A stretch of 62,866 nucleotides of DNA, filler included, from Octopus bimaculoides (lineage: Eukaryota), in NCBI RefSeq assembly GCF_001194135.2. It is 7 parts of 6 records of this genome, joined end to end, with 100 filler letters (N's around TTAATTAATTAA, not from the genome) between each part and the next. Parts side by side here need not be neighbours in the genome. Positions count along the whole stretch, not along the records: positions 36,351 to 59,055 come from NC_068983.1; positions 59,156 to 61,046 come from NW_026394839.1; 5 more parts are not named here. One strand, 5' to 3'. The stretch's first letter is position 1. Every line of letters starts with the position of its first letter. The notes below the pieces were generated by a model. The model did not search any database, had not been told where the DNA came from, and was given only the letters and a program-made list of their open reading frames with translations. Positions 48,590 through 61,046 of this stretch are shown in pieces. The position numbers and the translations under genes were made by a program.

Positions 48590-48910
48590 GTATTAGAGCA
48601 TTGTCCTGATGAAACAAGACCCTTTTCATCATTTTACCTGGGTATTTGGTCTTGATAGCCTTATGTAACTGCTTCACCGAGTTGGCATAGGACTCTTTGT
48701 TGATGGTGTGGCCCTTTTAAAGATAGTTAATAAGCACAATGCCTTTTGCATCTCCCAAAAATTGAAGCCATCACTTTCCCTGCAGATGAAATGACCTTGG
48801 CTTTGGAGCAGATGAAAAGCAGTGTTTCCACTGCATGGATTGTCTGTTTATCTCTGGCTCAAAGTCATGAAACCAACATTCTTCCTGGGTTAGGAAATGT
48901 TCAAGGAAAC
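48590..48910 (-). mobile_element. Mariner fragment, same family as 44560-45595
   Basis: Shared sequence gcagtgtttccactgca..gattgtctgtt; ASIFWE..GIVLINYLKRATPSTK-type region. Confidence 0.7.
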
Positions 48911-48943
48911 CAGTTTCAATCCCTTTTTACATTCTATTCCCAG

Positions 48944-48995
48944 ATGGATCTTACTTCAGGTTTCATCTTTTTGGAGACAGGACCTACAGATACAG
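48944..48995 (+). CDS. Candidate 52-nt internal exon
   Basis: tttttacattctattcccag|...|gtaatc; reads DGSYFRFHLFGDRTYRY (phase 1->2) or MDLTSGFIFLETGPTDT (phase 0->1); frame ambiguous. Confidence 0.4.
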
Positions 48996-49184
48996 GTAAT
49001 CTAAAATATAATGGAAACATTCTAGCCTTATATAAAAAGAATAAAAGAGATTACCATACAGAATTCTGGAAAAAATATCGAGATCTCAGTAGGCTAAAAA
49101 GAAAAAAATAGTATACTTTTGAAGAAATTGCTCTTTCCTTCAAGCTTATTCAAAAATGGCAAGTCAAGGCAGCAAAGAAGCAGA

Positions 49185-49385
49185 ATCATGAGCATGCTGG
49201 CAAAATGCTTAGCGTCATTTCCTCCATCTTTACATTCTGTGTTCAAATGCTGCTAAGGTCGACTTTGTCTTTCATCCTTTTGGGTTCAATAAAATAAGTA
49301 CTATTTGATCACTGGGGTCAATATAATTGATTTACCCCCATCCCCTGGACTTGCTAGTTTTGTCCCAAAATTTGAAACCAGCATA
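49185..49385 (+). mobile_element. SINE family 2 (CpG-decayed)
   Basis: atgctggcaaaatgcttagc...tacattctgtgttcaaatgctgctaaggtcgactttgtctttcatcc. Confidence 0.75.
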
Positions 49386-49399
49386 TTGACATATCTGTA

Positions 49400-51450
49400 T
49401 TCTATGTCTGGACACCAGTGGTTGTTGCATCTTATCCTCTCCACTTTCATTACCTATTAGTTTATGACTTTATCACCTTCATAACTTAGTCCTTCAGTTT
49501 GAAACTTTCCCCTTGCAATTTCTTTCAGTCTAATGCACACCTGCTATAACTCTTGTATTAACTGGCCATCAGGGATAATGCCTTACACAATCTCATTAGA
49601 TTAATGACTGGCTAATATAATAATCATCTTGCAGCAACCATCTTTGAAGGCCCTGCAGTTTTTCTTCTTTTTGTAGCCTTACTTACTTTACGCACTATCC
49701 ATTTTGTCATCAATACAGCTAGCACCCCACAACTGTTTCTTGTGGATCCAATGTGAATTAACACTTTGTCTAGTTGCATCTTTTGTTTAGCCTCTCATAG
49801 TAATGCTTTCATGCACCTTTTTTTATTTATTCATTAAAAGTGTGATTAAATTATTTCAAAATAATTTCATTCTCTTCCCTCTCTCTTTCTGTGTCTGTCT
49901 CTATCTCTCTGTGTCCATCTGTCTGTCTCTCTCTGTGTCTCTCTGTTTGCCTGTCTGTCTCTCTCGCTGTGTCTGTCTGTTTGTCTCTCTCTTTATGTCT
50001 GTCTGTCTGTCTTTCGCTGTGTCTGTTTGTCTCTCTCAGTCTGCTTCTCTGTGTGCCTGCCTCTGTGTGTTTGTCTCTCTCTATGTCTGTCTGTGTGTGT
50101 GTCTGTCTGTCTCTCTCTGTGTGTCTCTCTCTGACCTTCATAACCTGATCCTGTAGTTTGATACCTCTATAATTTCCTAGCTCTAAGGCATTTCCTTTGT
50201 CTTTGTAGCAGCTTACAGTGATACTCCTATGCTAGTCATTGGATACAACACCTTCCAGTATAACTTGATTAACTAACTAGGTGGTAATCATGTATCCTAC
50301 CTCTCCAGATACTTTGAACATATCTGCAACTATCCCTGATGTAACTGCAGCTTTACTTCTCATGTCCTTAATCACATATTTACCATGCTGCTGTCAACTT
50401 GAATAGCTGCCCCCGTGCAGGGTCAATTTGAGGTAGAGCCTCTTTATTCCATGCATTCTCCCTGTTCAGTATTCTATCATAATAAGACTTTCATACTACT
50501 TTCTTCTCTTTCATATTAATAGCAAATATGTCTTCATCCTTTCAAATATACTTCTTGTTAATGGCATCTTGATTCTCTCTCACTCACTGTCTTGCAACCC
50601 TGAATGCTTGTTTGATTCTCATGATGCATGACATACACAAGTAACTTCCTTTCTACTTCACCCTTAGCAAGGATATCTGTCACTTAGCAGCCCCTCTAGC
50701 CATTTAGTAATGTTCTCTACTACTATCATCCTTCTAGGCTTTTTAAGCCTTTCTCTTAGTCTTTATTGCTCTATCAGTGGTATCATTCCACCTCCACATC
50801 GTCTTCTGTTTGGCTAGGACTTTGCCCCAGTCATATGTCTGATCTCTATCTATAAGCAGGTTATTTTGTAGAAATTCCCAGTTGTCATCTATGCTGCATC
50901 TATCTAAATCTTTCTCCCTAGAGTCATATGCATCAATTTGAATTTTTCTAAACCCATTCCTAAGTGTGGAATCTTTTGGCTTTCAAATCTTTCTTCTCCA
51001 TACTGTCTTGTTTTTGTGTCTACCTAACTCTGAAGTCACTAGCCACTCATCTATATTATATTGAGTATTCTTCATCAGGAAAGGCTGTGGTATTGCAATA
51101 ACCCTTCTGTTCTATTTCCTAGTAAGAATAATTCTGACTTGTGTGGTCACCTGTTTGGTAGGTGGTAAGGTTGTTGGCTAAATACTATAAGAGAGTTGCA
51201 AATTGTTAGATTATTTGCATCACAACTCCAGGAGCCTTACACTCTCCTCATTTCTTGAATTATATTCATAGCTTTCATGTATGTCACAGAAGTCATCGTT
51301 GTATTGACTAACTGTACCAAACCTTGCCTATTAGATATTCATCTTGCTCTCATCTAGTGGACACTACGAAAGTATTTGCAGGAAAAAGTTCAGGTAGGTT
51401 TTCTTTCTTTGCACTGTTTCACAACTGGACATTGCTGGTTGATATTAGTA
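49400..51450 (-). mobile_element. Decayed RTE LINE (APE endonuclease to RT), interrupted by a (CT/GT) microsatellite at 49870-50130
   Basis: Reverse strand HLITYQTGDHTSQ...FPDEE..I.YR.VASDFRVR, typical of the RTE endonuclease C-terminus. Confidence 0.65.
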
Positions 51451-51875
51451 TTTTTTTAGTTTATTAGTTTTATTCGTTTTAGTTTACAAGGCTGGGCAAG
51501 AGGAGACAAAGGATAGGGAGTCACTGAAGATATCACAGAAATGTGTGACAAAAGAACCTTGATGAACAAATAAATTAAAAATAATAATAACAATAATAAA
51601 ACTAAAGTGAAGATCATGTAAATAGTGCATGTGTTTAGTTGGCAATAGATGACCATCCCCAAGTATACCAATATCTATTTCAGCACACATTTTCACATTG
51701 AGAATCTTTCAAAACAAATATATAAATATAAAAAAATACATTTGATACAAAATAATAATTTAAGAATCCACATCACTAAACCTTTAAATGTTATTTAAAT
51801 TTGAATAAATATTATTATACTTAAATTACTGTTTTAGCTAAAATACAAAAATTATTGATTTTTTTTTTTTTGCAG

Positions 51876-52012
51876 CTATCAAAAGCCCTCAACATTCTTC
51901 AGATGATAAACTTTTACCTGCTGTTAATGTGCACAAGATATCAAAAATAGTTCCTACTTTCAATGCATACAAGCTACAGCTTGCTCGTGAAAGAACAGAA
52001 AATGCTATAAAG
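51876..52012 (+). CDS. Candidate internal exon of an unidentified gene
   Basis: Very strong acceptor (T)13gcag|, 137 nt, single open frame phase 1->0: xIKSPQHSSDDKLLPAVNVHKISKIVPTFNAYKLQLARERTENAIK|gttata (weak donor). Confidence 0.5.
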
Positions 52013-52084
52013 GTTATATTTTACAATTTTTAAAACTTTTATATGTAAAATATTCTACATTTCTGAGATAATCTATATTCATTC

Positions 52085-52310
52085 TAAGGTGGTGATCTGG
52101 CAGAATGGTGTTCGTCAGCATGCTGGGCAAAATGCTTAGCAGCATTTTGTCTGTCTTTACATTCTGAGTTCAAATTCTACCATGATCAACTTTGCCTTTC
52201 ATCATTTCAGGGTTGATAAAATAAATACCAGTTGAGTACTGGGGTCGATGTAATTGACTTAACCCCTCCCTTGAAATTGCTGGCCTTGTACCAAAATTTG
52301 AAACCAATAT
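52085..52310 (+). mobile_element. SINE family 2, near full length (CpG-decayed)
   Basis: ggtgatctggcagaat...catgctgggcaaaatgcttagcagcattttgtctgtctttacattctgagttc...ccaaaatttgaaacca. Confidence 0.85.
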
Positions 52311-52454
52311 ATATTCATTCTTCTTAGAAGTAACTGGACCTCTTCCTGTATAACCAACTTTTCATTTTTTGCATATACATACTTCTGCTTTGATTTCTTA
52401 TTAAACAAATAAATTTATATTAGAAGAGATGTCAAAGATGAGTTGACTATATGT

Positions 52455-52760
52455 TGTTTGTTTCTTCTCGAGCCATGCTTGGCTCATAAGGGCTGCTTTC
52501 CCGGTTTCATTGGCGTATAGGTTCCCCACCTGGACGGGATGCCTGTCTTTCACAGGTGAGCTGCTAGATGCAGGAGGAAAGAGTGAGAGAAAGTTGTGGC
52601 AAAAGAGTCAGCAGAAGTTCACCATTACTTTCTGTCAGAGCTGTGTGGAGCTTAGGTGTTTCGCTCATAAACACACACATCGCCCAGTCTGAGATTCAAA
52701 CCTGCGATCCCTCGACTGCGAATCTGCTGCTCTAACCACTAGATCATGTGCCTCCACATT
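52455..52760 (-). mobile_element. SINE family 3-related copy
   Basis: ggaaagagtgagagaaagttgtgg...gagcttaggtgtttcgctcataaacac...ctaaccact, shared with 46220-46400. Confidence 0.75.
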
Positions 52761-52824
52761 GACTATATACTTATGAGTAAACAGGGAATTATTAATATCT
52801 ATTTATCTATGTACAAGCTGGATC

Positions 52825-52975
52825 TATAGGCATGGACATGGCTGTGTGGTAAGAAGTTTGCTTCCCAGCCACATGGTTTTGGTACTTTGGGTAAGTGTCT
52901 TCTACTATAGCCCCAGACTGACCAAATCTTTGTGACTGTATTTGGTAGATGGAAACTGAAAGAAGCCCATTATAT

Positions 52976-53044
<69 letters not shown>

Positions 53045-53290
53045 TATATATATATACACAATATATATACATACACATACACACACACACACATACACAC
53101 TGTGTGTGCATGTGTGTGTGTGTGTGTGTGTGTGCATGTGTGTGTGTGTGCATGTGCATGCTATTGTCTCCTTGCCTTGACTACACATGATAATTGTAAA
53201 ACAAGTGCCACTGTCATGCAATTCATTTGGCTAAGAATTCTTTAAAGCGGTACCCCAACATGGCCACTGTTTAATGACAAAAACAAGTAA
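52825..53290 (+). mobile_element. SINE family 1 with an expanded internal (AT)n/(GT)n
   Basis: Head ggctgtgtggtaagaagtttgcttccc...gaaactgaaagaagccc, microsatellite 52968-53160, tail aatgacaaaaacaagtaaaaga. Confidence 0.75.
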
Positions 53291-53629
53291 AAGATCAAAG
53301 ATAATAAATAACCTAAATCTTACCTTATTTGACACCTGGGTAGAAGTAATAAGGTTCAACCTAAACGATAAGAAATTAATAACAGAAGAATGTGCATTAC
53401 AGTTCCCAGTGTAAGGATGGCACACAGTCAGGGAAAATCATCAACATCAAGGTGAGATCAACAAATTTTGACTTTACACTGCATTCTTGATTCATTATCA
53501 ATAAACTATCCTAGCTTTTGCTTAAAAATATTGGTATTTTGTGTAGCTTTGTTGTCATCAGACAAACTACTGTACGCAGAATGTGCAGCAAAATCTAACA
53601 TGTTCTCTAATCTATTTAGACTAATTTTC

Positions 53630-53830
53630 ATCATCATCATTTAGCATCTGCTTTCCATGCTGGCATGGGTTAGATGGTTTGACTGAAACTGGTGAGTTAT
53701 AGAGCTGCACCAGGTTCCAATCTCATTTGGCATGGCTCTATGGCTGGATGCCCTTCCTAACACTAACCACTCCAGGAGTGTAATGGGTGCTTTTTATGTG
53801 CCACTGGCACAAGTACCAGTTACATGACAA
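53630..53830 (-). mobile_element. SINE family 4 (CpG-decayed)
   Basis: catcatcatttagcatctgctttccatgctggcatgggttagatgg...ggatgcccttcctaacactaaccact. Confidence 0.75.
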
Positions 53831-54544
53831 GGGCATCTGACACTTATCAATGAATATTTTGTTCTGGTTTCTATTTTCTCAACCATTCACTTTGAAGTTG
53901 GTCATTTTGCTCAATGAGAAAGACATTTACATATCAAGTTCAGTTTAACTCTGTCTTTTACCCAATTTAGTTCATTCCTGATGTTTCCTATTCAGAACCC
54001 ATGTCTCACTGCTAAATAGTATTGTTCATGTTATTCAGGCATCAATTTGTCTTTGCTTAGAAAGAGTAACTTGAAAATAGGCAATATCTCCCTCAACCTC
54101 ATCTATATTCTTACTCAGTCTATGATACTTTCACCACAACTGCTTACATCACAAATCATGTCACTTAGATTGTGGAAAGTATTATTTGAATTGTCTATCT
54201 GAGTAGTACATGGATTTCATTATATGGCTGTCTTGTACCTAGGATGCTGTTTCCTGTCAACCTACCATAAATTCACTATAATTTTTTTTTTTCATCAGTA
54301 ATTGTTTCTACTGAATTTCAACCAACCCACTTCTTACATATTGTGCCAGTTTACTTCTTAGTTAACACTTGGTGTTTGTACTTTCTCACAAATAACCAGT
54401 ACCATGTTTTGCCATGTTTACATTTAGGTTTTTCCATTCTAAAACAGTTTTGCTGATATCAAATCTTATATTCTATTATGAGAAACAACTCAGAAGCATA
54501 TAAAAATTCCACTAACATCTAATCTTGAAAGCTATAATTTAGTA

Positions 54545-55787
54545 CGAGGGGGTGCTGAAAAGTTACTGCTTTTAAGGGTATTGTGAAAGGATAGAGCTGT
54601 TACCTTTACAGGGAGATAAGACAACTCTTTAGAAGATATGCAAAAAAATCACGATGGCATACAATATATCTTTCTTTTTTTCGCAGATTTAACGCATGAT
54701 GGCAACTCCAAAAGTGGATTTTGGTACAATTGAAGCATGAGCAGTCATGAAGTTCTTCTTTGTGCAAGGCAAAGGAGTGGCAAAATCCATAACACGATGA
54801 AGAAATTCTTGAAAAATGGCTGCCCATCTTACTTCACAGTGAAAATCGGGGTGTCAAGGTTTCAGACTAGTCATTTCGATGTCAAAGATGAACCCTGGTC
54901 AGGATGACCAACTTCTGTGAGAACAGAGGATAAAGCCAATGCTGTGTATATCATGATTTCTGATAGAGTCATAGCTGAGACTGAGGAATTCCTGAAAAAG
55001 AGTTGGCCACATCATCCACAACATTCTGGTCATGAGAAAGTTTTCTGCAAAATGGGTGCCGAAATATCTGAACATAGATGAGAAGCACATCAGAGTAATA
55101 ACATCAAAGGCGATTTTGGACTGATTTGCAGTGGGAGAGGCTTAGTCACTATGGATGAAACTTGATCCCCAGACCAAGCAGCAATCAGTGGAGTAGTGCC
55201 ACTGCGGTTCACTGTATCCCATGAAGTTTTGGACCCAGAAGTCAGCTGGAAAGATTATGGCTTCAGTGTTCTGGGACAAAGATGGAGTATTCCTCATAAA
55301 ATACCTGCCAATGGGTCGGACCATCAATGCAGAATACTACATGTCTCTGTTGGATGAACTGCATGAAGCTTTGAAGCAGAGACACCATGGAAAGTTGAGC
55401 CATGGTGTCCTGTTTTTGCAGGACAATGCACCAGCACACACAGCACATGAAACTCTATGGAAAATATGCAACTTTGGCTTCAAGTTGGTAGACCACCGAC
55501 CTTACTCTCCTGACTTGGCTCCCTCTAACTATCACCTCTTTCCACAATTGAAGAAACATCTCAAGGAACAAAATTTTACTCTGATTCAGAAGTGATTGAT
55601 GCTACAGAGGCCTGGTCAGAGGCCCAAACTTCCAAGTTCTTTTTACAGGGCATAGAAAAACTAAAGGACTACTATAATAAGTATGTGAATCTAAGAGAGG
55701 AATATGTTGAATAAAATCATAATTAACTTAACTGATTCTCCTGTATTTTCTTTTACCCAAAGCCAGGAACTTTTCAGCACTCTTTCA
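54545..55787 (+). mobile_element. Full-length (1243 bp) decayed mariner (DD34D)
   Basis: TIRs TA|CGAGGGGGTGCTGAAAAGTT...AACTTTTCAGCACTCTTTCA|TA; KWVPKYL, SAGKIMASVFWD, FLQDNAPAH and HRPYSPDLAPSNYHLFPQLK. Confidence 0.9.
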
Positions 55788-55859
55788 TAAATAGTATTAA
55801 GAATAGAACCATAGTAAGCACTATTTGTAGACTAGATTCTTAACTGAAATCACTGCTAT

Positions 55860-56255
55860 TTCCTGATGTTGCTTATAAATGGTCTGAACAGTACCATCCA
55901 TTTACAACCATCTTTTCCAGTTTGCATCAGACTACAGAATCTAGGACCTTCAAAGCAGAATTCATTGTTCTTAGTTGAAAATTTTTCTTGCAGATAAATG
56001 ACTAGAAGTATGGAAATATGGAAAGATCCTTGACCTGGTACATACTCAAAGCAACTCTTATGGAACCCAACTTTGTCTTTAGCACGATTCTGTACTAACT
56101 TGACCCAACAGCCAAGTCTTCTTGTTTCCTTACTCTTGTTGTTGTCTCCAAATAGGCTCTGATTGAGTAGACCTATAATCATCCTCCTGTGAGGATCTTT
56201 GTCTAAATATCCAAGACCACCTTGTCTTATTTTGGTGAATAGTAATATCATAGAC
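55860..56255 (-). mobile_element. Possible non-LTR retrotransposon remnant
   Basis: Open frame containing RQGGLGYLD, reminiscent of the GGLG motif downstream of LINE RT; no other motif recognised. Confidence 0.25.
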
Positions 56256-56881
56256 TACTTCATCTAGTGTATTCTTTTTTTAAGTACTAAGGTATAATTT
56301 GAGGGGTATATGGCTTCTATTTCTAACAATTTGAGCCATCACATTGAGACTCTTTTGGTTACTCTATCCACGAGTACCAGCTGTACTGCTACATAAGTTA
56401 ATGAATGGGGTCAATACTTTGTGTCAAAGAGAAGCAAGATAACATTGAAGCATAATTACAATGTATGGGTTAAAATGAATGCTTAGAGCTAAGAGATTAA
56501 GTAATAAATATTCGAAGCATTTTAGTTAATAGGTTTAAAGTATAAACACATGTTTCTAATGTAGTGGAAGTATTTTACCCTAAGTTCACCACAGGATTTA
56601 TTAAGAGCATTACCTAAACATTTAGGCAATTATGGAATCCTAATATAATCTAATGATTTCTACACCTCAGCAGCTGTCCCTAATAGAAGTGCACCTCTCG
56701 TTTCATTAATTTGTCTTGTATATATATCTACAGATTACCTCTCTGTTGATTCCTCTTGAGGCTGACCCTCATAATTCTATTCATATTCTTTGTTCAGAAG
56801 AGACTTCTATATCTCTTTCTTTTCAGATTCACTGATTTATCAGTTTTATTTTGAATATAATTCTTTGTAATTATCTCTTTT

Positions 56882-57243
56882 ATCTTTTATCTGTTTCCAT
56901 CATTAGACTGCAGCAATACTGGGGCAACGCCTTGAATTTTTAGTCGAATGAATCGACCCCAGTAATTTTTTTCAGCCTGGTACTTATTCTGCCTGCTTGA
57001 CAATGTAGCAGTTTGGCAAAAGTGACCGATAGAAAAAGTACAAGGTTTAGAAAGAATAAGTCCTGGGGTTGATTTCTTCAACTAAATAACCCTTTAAGGC
57101 AGTACTCCAGCATGGCTGTAGTCAAATGACTGAAACAAGTAAAAGACTATACATATATATGACGGGCTTCTTTCAGTTTCTGTCTACCAAATTCACTCAC
57201 AAGGCTTTGGTTAGCCCAAGGCTATTGTAGGAGACACTTGCTC
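56882..57243. mobile_element. Head-to-head inverted SINE family 1 3' halves plus a reverse head fragment
   Basis: 56882-56990 (reverse) and 57015-57147 (forward) are diverged inverted copies; reverse head fragment 57150-57243. Confidence 0.7.
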
Positions 57244-57479
57244 AATATGAATACATTATCCTGCTATTTGGAATTATTTCATGCTGCTTATTCTAAAGGC
57301 ACAGAACACTAGTAATCTTGTTTTTATCTTGGTTAAGTAAATCTTAGCTCACTTTCCGACCCTTGATATTGCTTCATGGTTTCTACTTTATTCACATAAG
57401 TTTGGCAGCCTGTTCCAGTGACAGGACTGATCAGTGGCTTGCATCCAATTGTCCATTAGGAATACCTACATATGTATCC

Positions 57480-57890
57480 TTTATCCTTTACTTATCTCAG
57501 TCATTAGACTGTGGTTAGGCTGGGGCACCACCTTAAAGAATTTTTAGTTTAATGTATCGAGCTCAGGACTAATATTTTTAACAGCCTGGTACTTATTCTA
57601 TCAGTCTCTTTTGCTGAACCACTAAGTTATGCGACATAAACATACCAGCACCAATTATCAAGCAGTGGTGGGAGACAAACACAGACACAAAGATGCACAC
57701 ACATTTATATATATGCATCTTTATGACAGGCTTTTATCAGTTTCCATCTCCCAAATCTTCTCACAAGGTTTTGGTCAGTTCAAGGCTATAGTAACAGACA
57801 TTTGCCCAAGGTGCCACACAGTGAGATTGAACCCTGAACCATGTGGTTGGGAAGCAAACTTCTTACCACACAACTATGCCTGCACCTATA
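57480..57890 (-). mobile_element. SINE family 1, full length (older)
   Basis: 3' half, short microsatellite and tRNA-like head all in reverse orientation. Confidence 0.8.
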
Positions 57891-58224
57891 TCTGTATATT
57901 AATATAGTAGCACATTCCTACTTACCTTTTCTATCATGCTTGGGAAAGTAATTCATAAGAGGGAGAGAAAAAAGAAGGGAAGATAAGAGATGTTAATGAT
58001 AAATAATGATGGCAGCGGTGAAGATGTTTGTCATTTGTAACAATTACTTGCACTAAGGCACATACAGTAAACCATATAATGCTTTTTTTTCTTTAAATTT
58101 TAGCTAAAAATTAAATTGTTAGCTGTTTGTTCTTCACTACTTACGTGAACCACCACCACCTTAATGCTCTAATCAACATCATCACCACAACAAACTATTA
58201 CAGTTCAATATGCGAATATATATA

Positions 58225-58660
58225 TATCATCGTTGTTTAACGTCTGCTTTCCATGCAAGCATGGATTGGATGATTTGACGGAGGACTGGCGAAACAGATG
58301 GCTACGCCAGGCTCCAATCTGATTTGGCAGAGTTTCTACAGCTGGATGCCCTTCCTAACGCCAACCACTCAGAGAGTGTAGTGGGTGCTTTTACGTGCCA
58401 CCGGCATGAAGGCCAGTCAGGCGGTACTGGTGTATTTTACGTGCCACCTGCACAAGAGCCAGTCCAGGGGCACTGGCAACGATCTCGCTCGAAAGTCCTT
58501 GCACATGCCGCGGGCACAAGTGCCAGAAAGGCGATGCTTGGCACAGGTGTCATCACGATTTCGCTTTCGCTTGCCCCAACAGGTCTTCGCAAGCTGAGTT
58601 TCGTGTCCAATGAAGGAGACGACGTTGGCATGGGTGCCAGTCGTCGAATTTAATTCGATT
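58225..58660 (-). mobile_element. SINE family 4, long copy
   Basis: Shares gctggatgcccttcctaacgccaaccactc and acaagagccagtccaggggcactggcaacgatctcgctcgaaa with 31255-31605. Confidence 0.85.
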
Positions 58661-58679
58661 TCGATTTTTTTTTTTTTTT

Positions 58680-59048
58680 CTTGTTTCAGTCATTTGACTG
58701 TGGCCATGCTGGAGCACCGCCTTTTAGTTGAGCAAATCGACCCCCTGGATGCCTAGTACTTATTTTATCGGTCTCTTTTGCCGAACCGCCAAGTTACGGG
58801 GACGTAAACACACCACCATCGGTTGTCAAACGATGTTGGGGTACAGGCACAGATACACAAACATATAAACATACATATATATGACAGGCTTCTTTCAGTT
58901 TCTGTCTACCAAATCCACTCACAAGGCTTTGGTCGGCCCGAGGCTATAGTAGAAGACACTTGCCCAAGGTGCCACGCAGTGGGAATGAACCCTGAACCAT
59001 GTGATTGGTAAGCAAGCTACTTACCACACAGCCACTCCTGCGCCTACA
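58680..59048 (-). mobile_element. SINE family 1, full length (young)
   Basis: Continuous reverse copy joining the 3' half (58680-58850), spacer and head (58880-59048); shows both halves are one element. Confidence 0.88.
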
Positions 59049-59055
59049 TATATAT

Positions 59056-59155
59056 NNNNNNNNNNNNNNNNNNNNNNNNNNNNNNNNNNNNNNNNNNNNT
59101 TAATTAATTAANNNNNNNNNNNNNNNNNNNNNNNNNNNNNNNNNNNNNNNNNNNN
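59056..59155. other. Artificial scaffold linker
   Basis: N44-TTAATTAATTAA-N44. Confidence 0.9.
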
Positions 59156-61046
59156 AAAAAACAGCAAAAATGCTCAGTTATTAGTAGGGAAAAGGAAAGT
59201 AAGAATACATTAGAACCACAGATATGGTCCACCATCACAGGCCAAGGGATCATGGATACACCGAGGAGCACCAGCAACCGGAAAACTCCAGGGATAGAGA
59301 AGGTCCCCAACTTCTGATTGAAACACCTCACCAGTATTCATAACCACTTAGCGGTAGCGTTCAATTTATTGATAAGTGAGCCATAATCNNNNNNNNNNNN
59401 NNNNNNNNNNNNNNNNNNNNNNNNNNNNNNNNNNNNNNNNNNNNNNNNNNNNNNNNNNNNNNNNNNNNNNNNNNNNNNNNNNNNNNNNNNNNNNNNNNNN
59501 NNNNNNNNNNNNNNNNNNNNNNNNNNNNNNNNNNNNNNNNNNNNNNNNNNNNNNNNNNNNNNNNNNNNNNNNNNNNNNNNNNNNNNNNNNNNNNNNNNNN
59601 NNNNNNNNNNNNNNNNNNNNNNNNNNNNNNNNNNNNNNNNNNNNNNNNNNNNNNNNNNNNNNNNNNNNNNNNNNNNNNNNNNNNNNNNNNNNNNNNNNNN
59701 NNNNNNNNNNNNNNNNNNNNNNNNNNNNNNNNNNNNNNNNNNNNNNNNNNNNNNNNNNNNNNNNNNNNNNNNNNNNNNNNNNNNNNNNNNNNNNNNNNNN
59801 NNNNNNNNNNNNNNNNNNNNNNNNNNNNNNNNNNNNNNNNNNNNNNNNNNNNNNNNNNNNNNNNNNNNNNNNNNNNNNNNNNNNNNNNNNNNNNNNNNNN
59901 NNNNNNNNNNNNNNNNNNNNNNNNNNNNNNNNNNNNNNNNNNNNNNNNNNNNNNNNNNNNNNNNNNNNNNNNNNNNNNNNNNNNNNNNNNNNNNNNNNNN
60001 NNNNNNNNNNNNNNNNNNNNNNNNNNNNNNNNNNNNNNNNNNNNNNNNNNNNNNNNNNNNNNNNNNNNNNNNNNNNNNNNNNNNNNNNNNNNNAAAGCAC
60101 CATGAAACAGAGAAATCTTATCAAAATTGTTCAGGGTTTCAGCAGTGACATCGGAATGAGCGTAGGGCTGGACAAATGTGTCAGAGTCACACTGAGAAGA
60201 GGCAAATTATTCAACACTGAAACCACTGTACTTGACATAGACACAGAAATTAAAGAATTAGACCACAGCCACCCATACAAATATCTAGGTATAGAAGAAA
60301 CAGCTAAAATACAACTCACAGAAATGAAAGAGAAAATTAAGAGAGTGTATTACAGAAGAGTTAGACTAATATTAAACACTGAACTTAATGCTAATAATAA
60401 GATNNNNNNNNNNAAGAGTTAGACTAATATTAAACACTGAACTTAATGCTAATAATAAGATAACAGGGATAAACACGCAAGCCATACCAGTCATAAATTA
60501 TAGCTTTAACATAATAAACTGGAAGACCAGTGAATTAAGAAACCTAGATGGAAAAACCNNNNNNNNNNCATAATAAACTGGAAGACCAGTGAATTAAGAA
60601 ACCTAGATGGAAAAACCAGAAAACTACTAATAGCGTACCGAAGCCACTACCCCACTCAGAATGAGGCCGTGGTCTGATACAAATAGAAAACTACTATAAA
60701 ATAACATCAGTTTCTCGCTGCACAAAATTAATGCCTGACTACAAGCAATTATAGAAACAAATGCAGAATGTGCAACCAGCATAATGAGACAGTTGACCAT
60801 ATCATCTCAGGTTGCCCAATCCTTGCCAAGTCTGAATATGCATACAGACAAGACAAAGTAAGCAGTTATACCCACTGGGCAATATGCCAACGTTACAACA
60901 TCAAAACTGAGATGTGGTAGTATAAGCATGTGCCAAGCAAAGTTCATGACAACGACCAGGCGACAATCATCTGGGATATGCCGGTCCAAACCGACAAAGA
61001 AATAAAAGCTAATCGCCCAGAATAATAGTCAAGGATTGGGGAAAAA
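59156..61046 (+). mobile_element. R4-like non-LTR retrotransposon (RT, CCHC finger, start of RLE), gapped
   Basis: KTPGIEKVPNF*LKHLTSIH (RT N-terminus); FSSDIGMSVGLDKC, YKYLGI and INTQAIPVINYSF; CRMCNQHNETVDHIISGC (CCHC); IIWDMPVQTDKEIKANRP. Confidence 0.88.

Noticed and set aside
48074-57938. Minus-strand micro-exon-like segments at 57926-57938 (13 nt), 53324-53360 (37 nt) and 48074-48088 (15 nt) with good splice signals
   Set aside because: Joining them gives stop codons in the compatible frames and they do not resemble the missing NIPAL N-terminus; probably cryptic sites.
60356-60620. Short direct duplications flanking the 10-N gaps in the R4 LINE
   Set aside because: Overlapping contig ends left unmerged (assembly artefact), not biological repeats.
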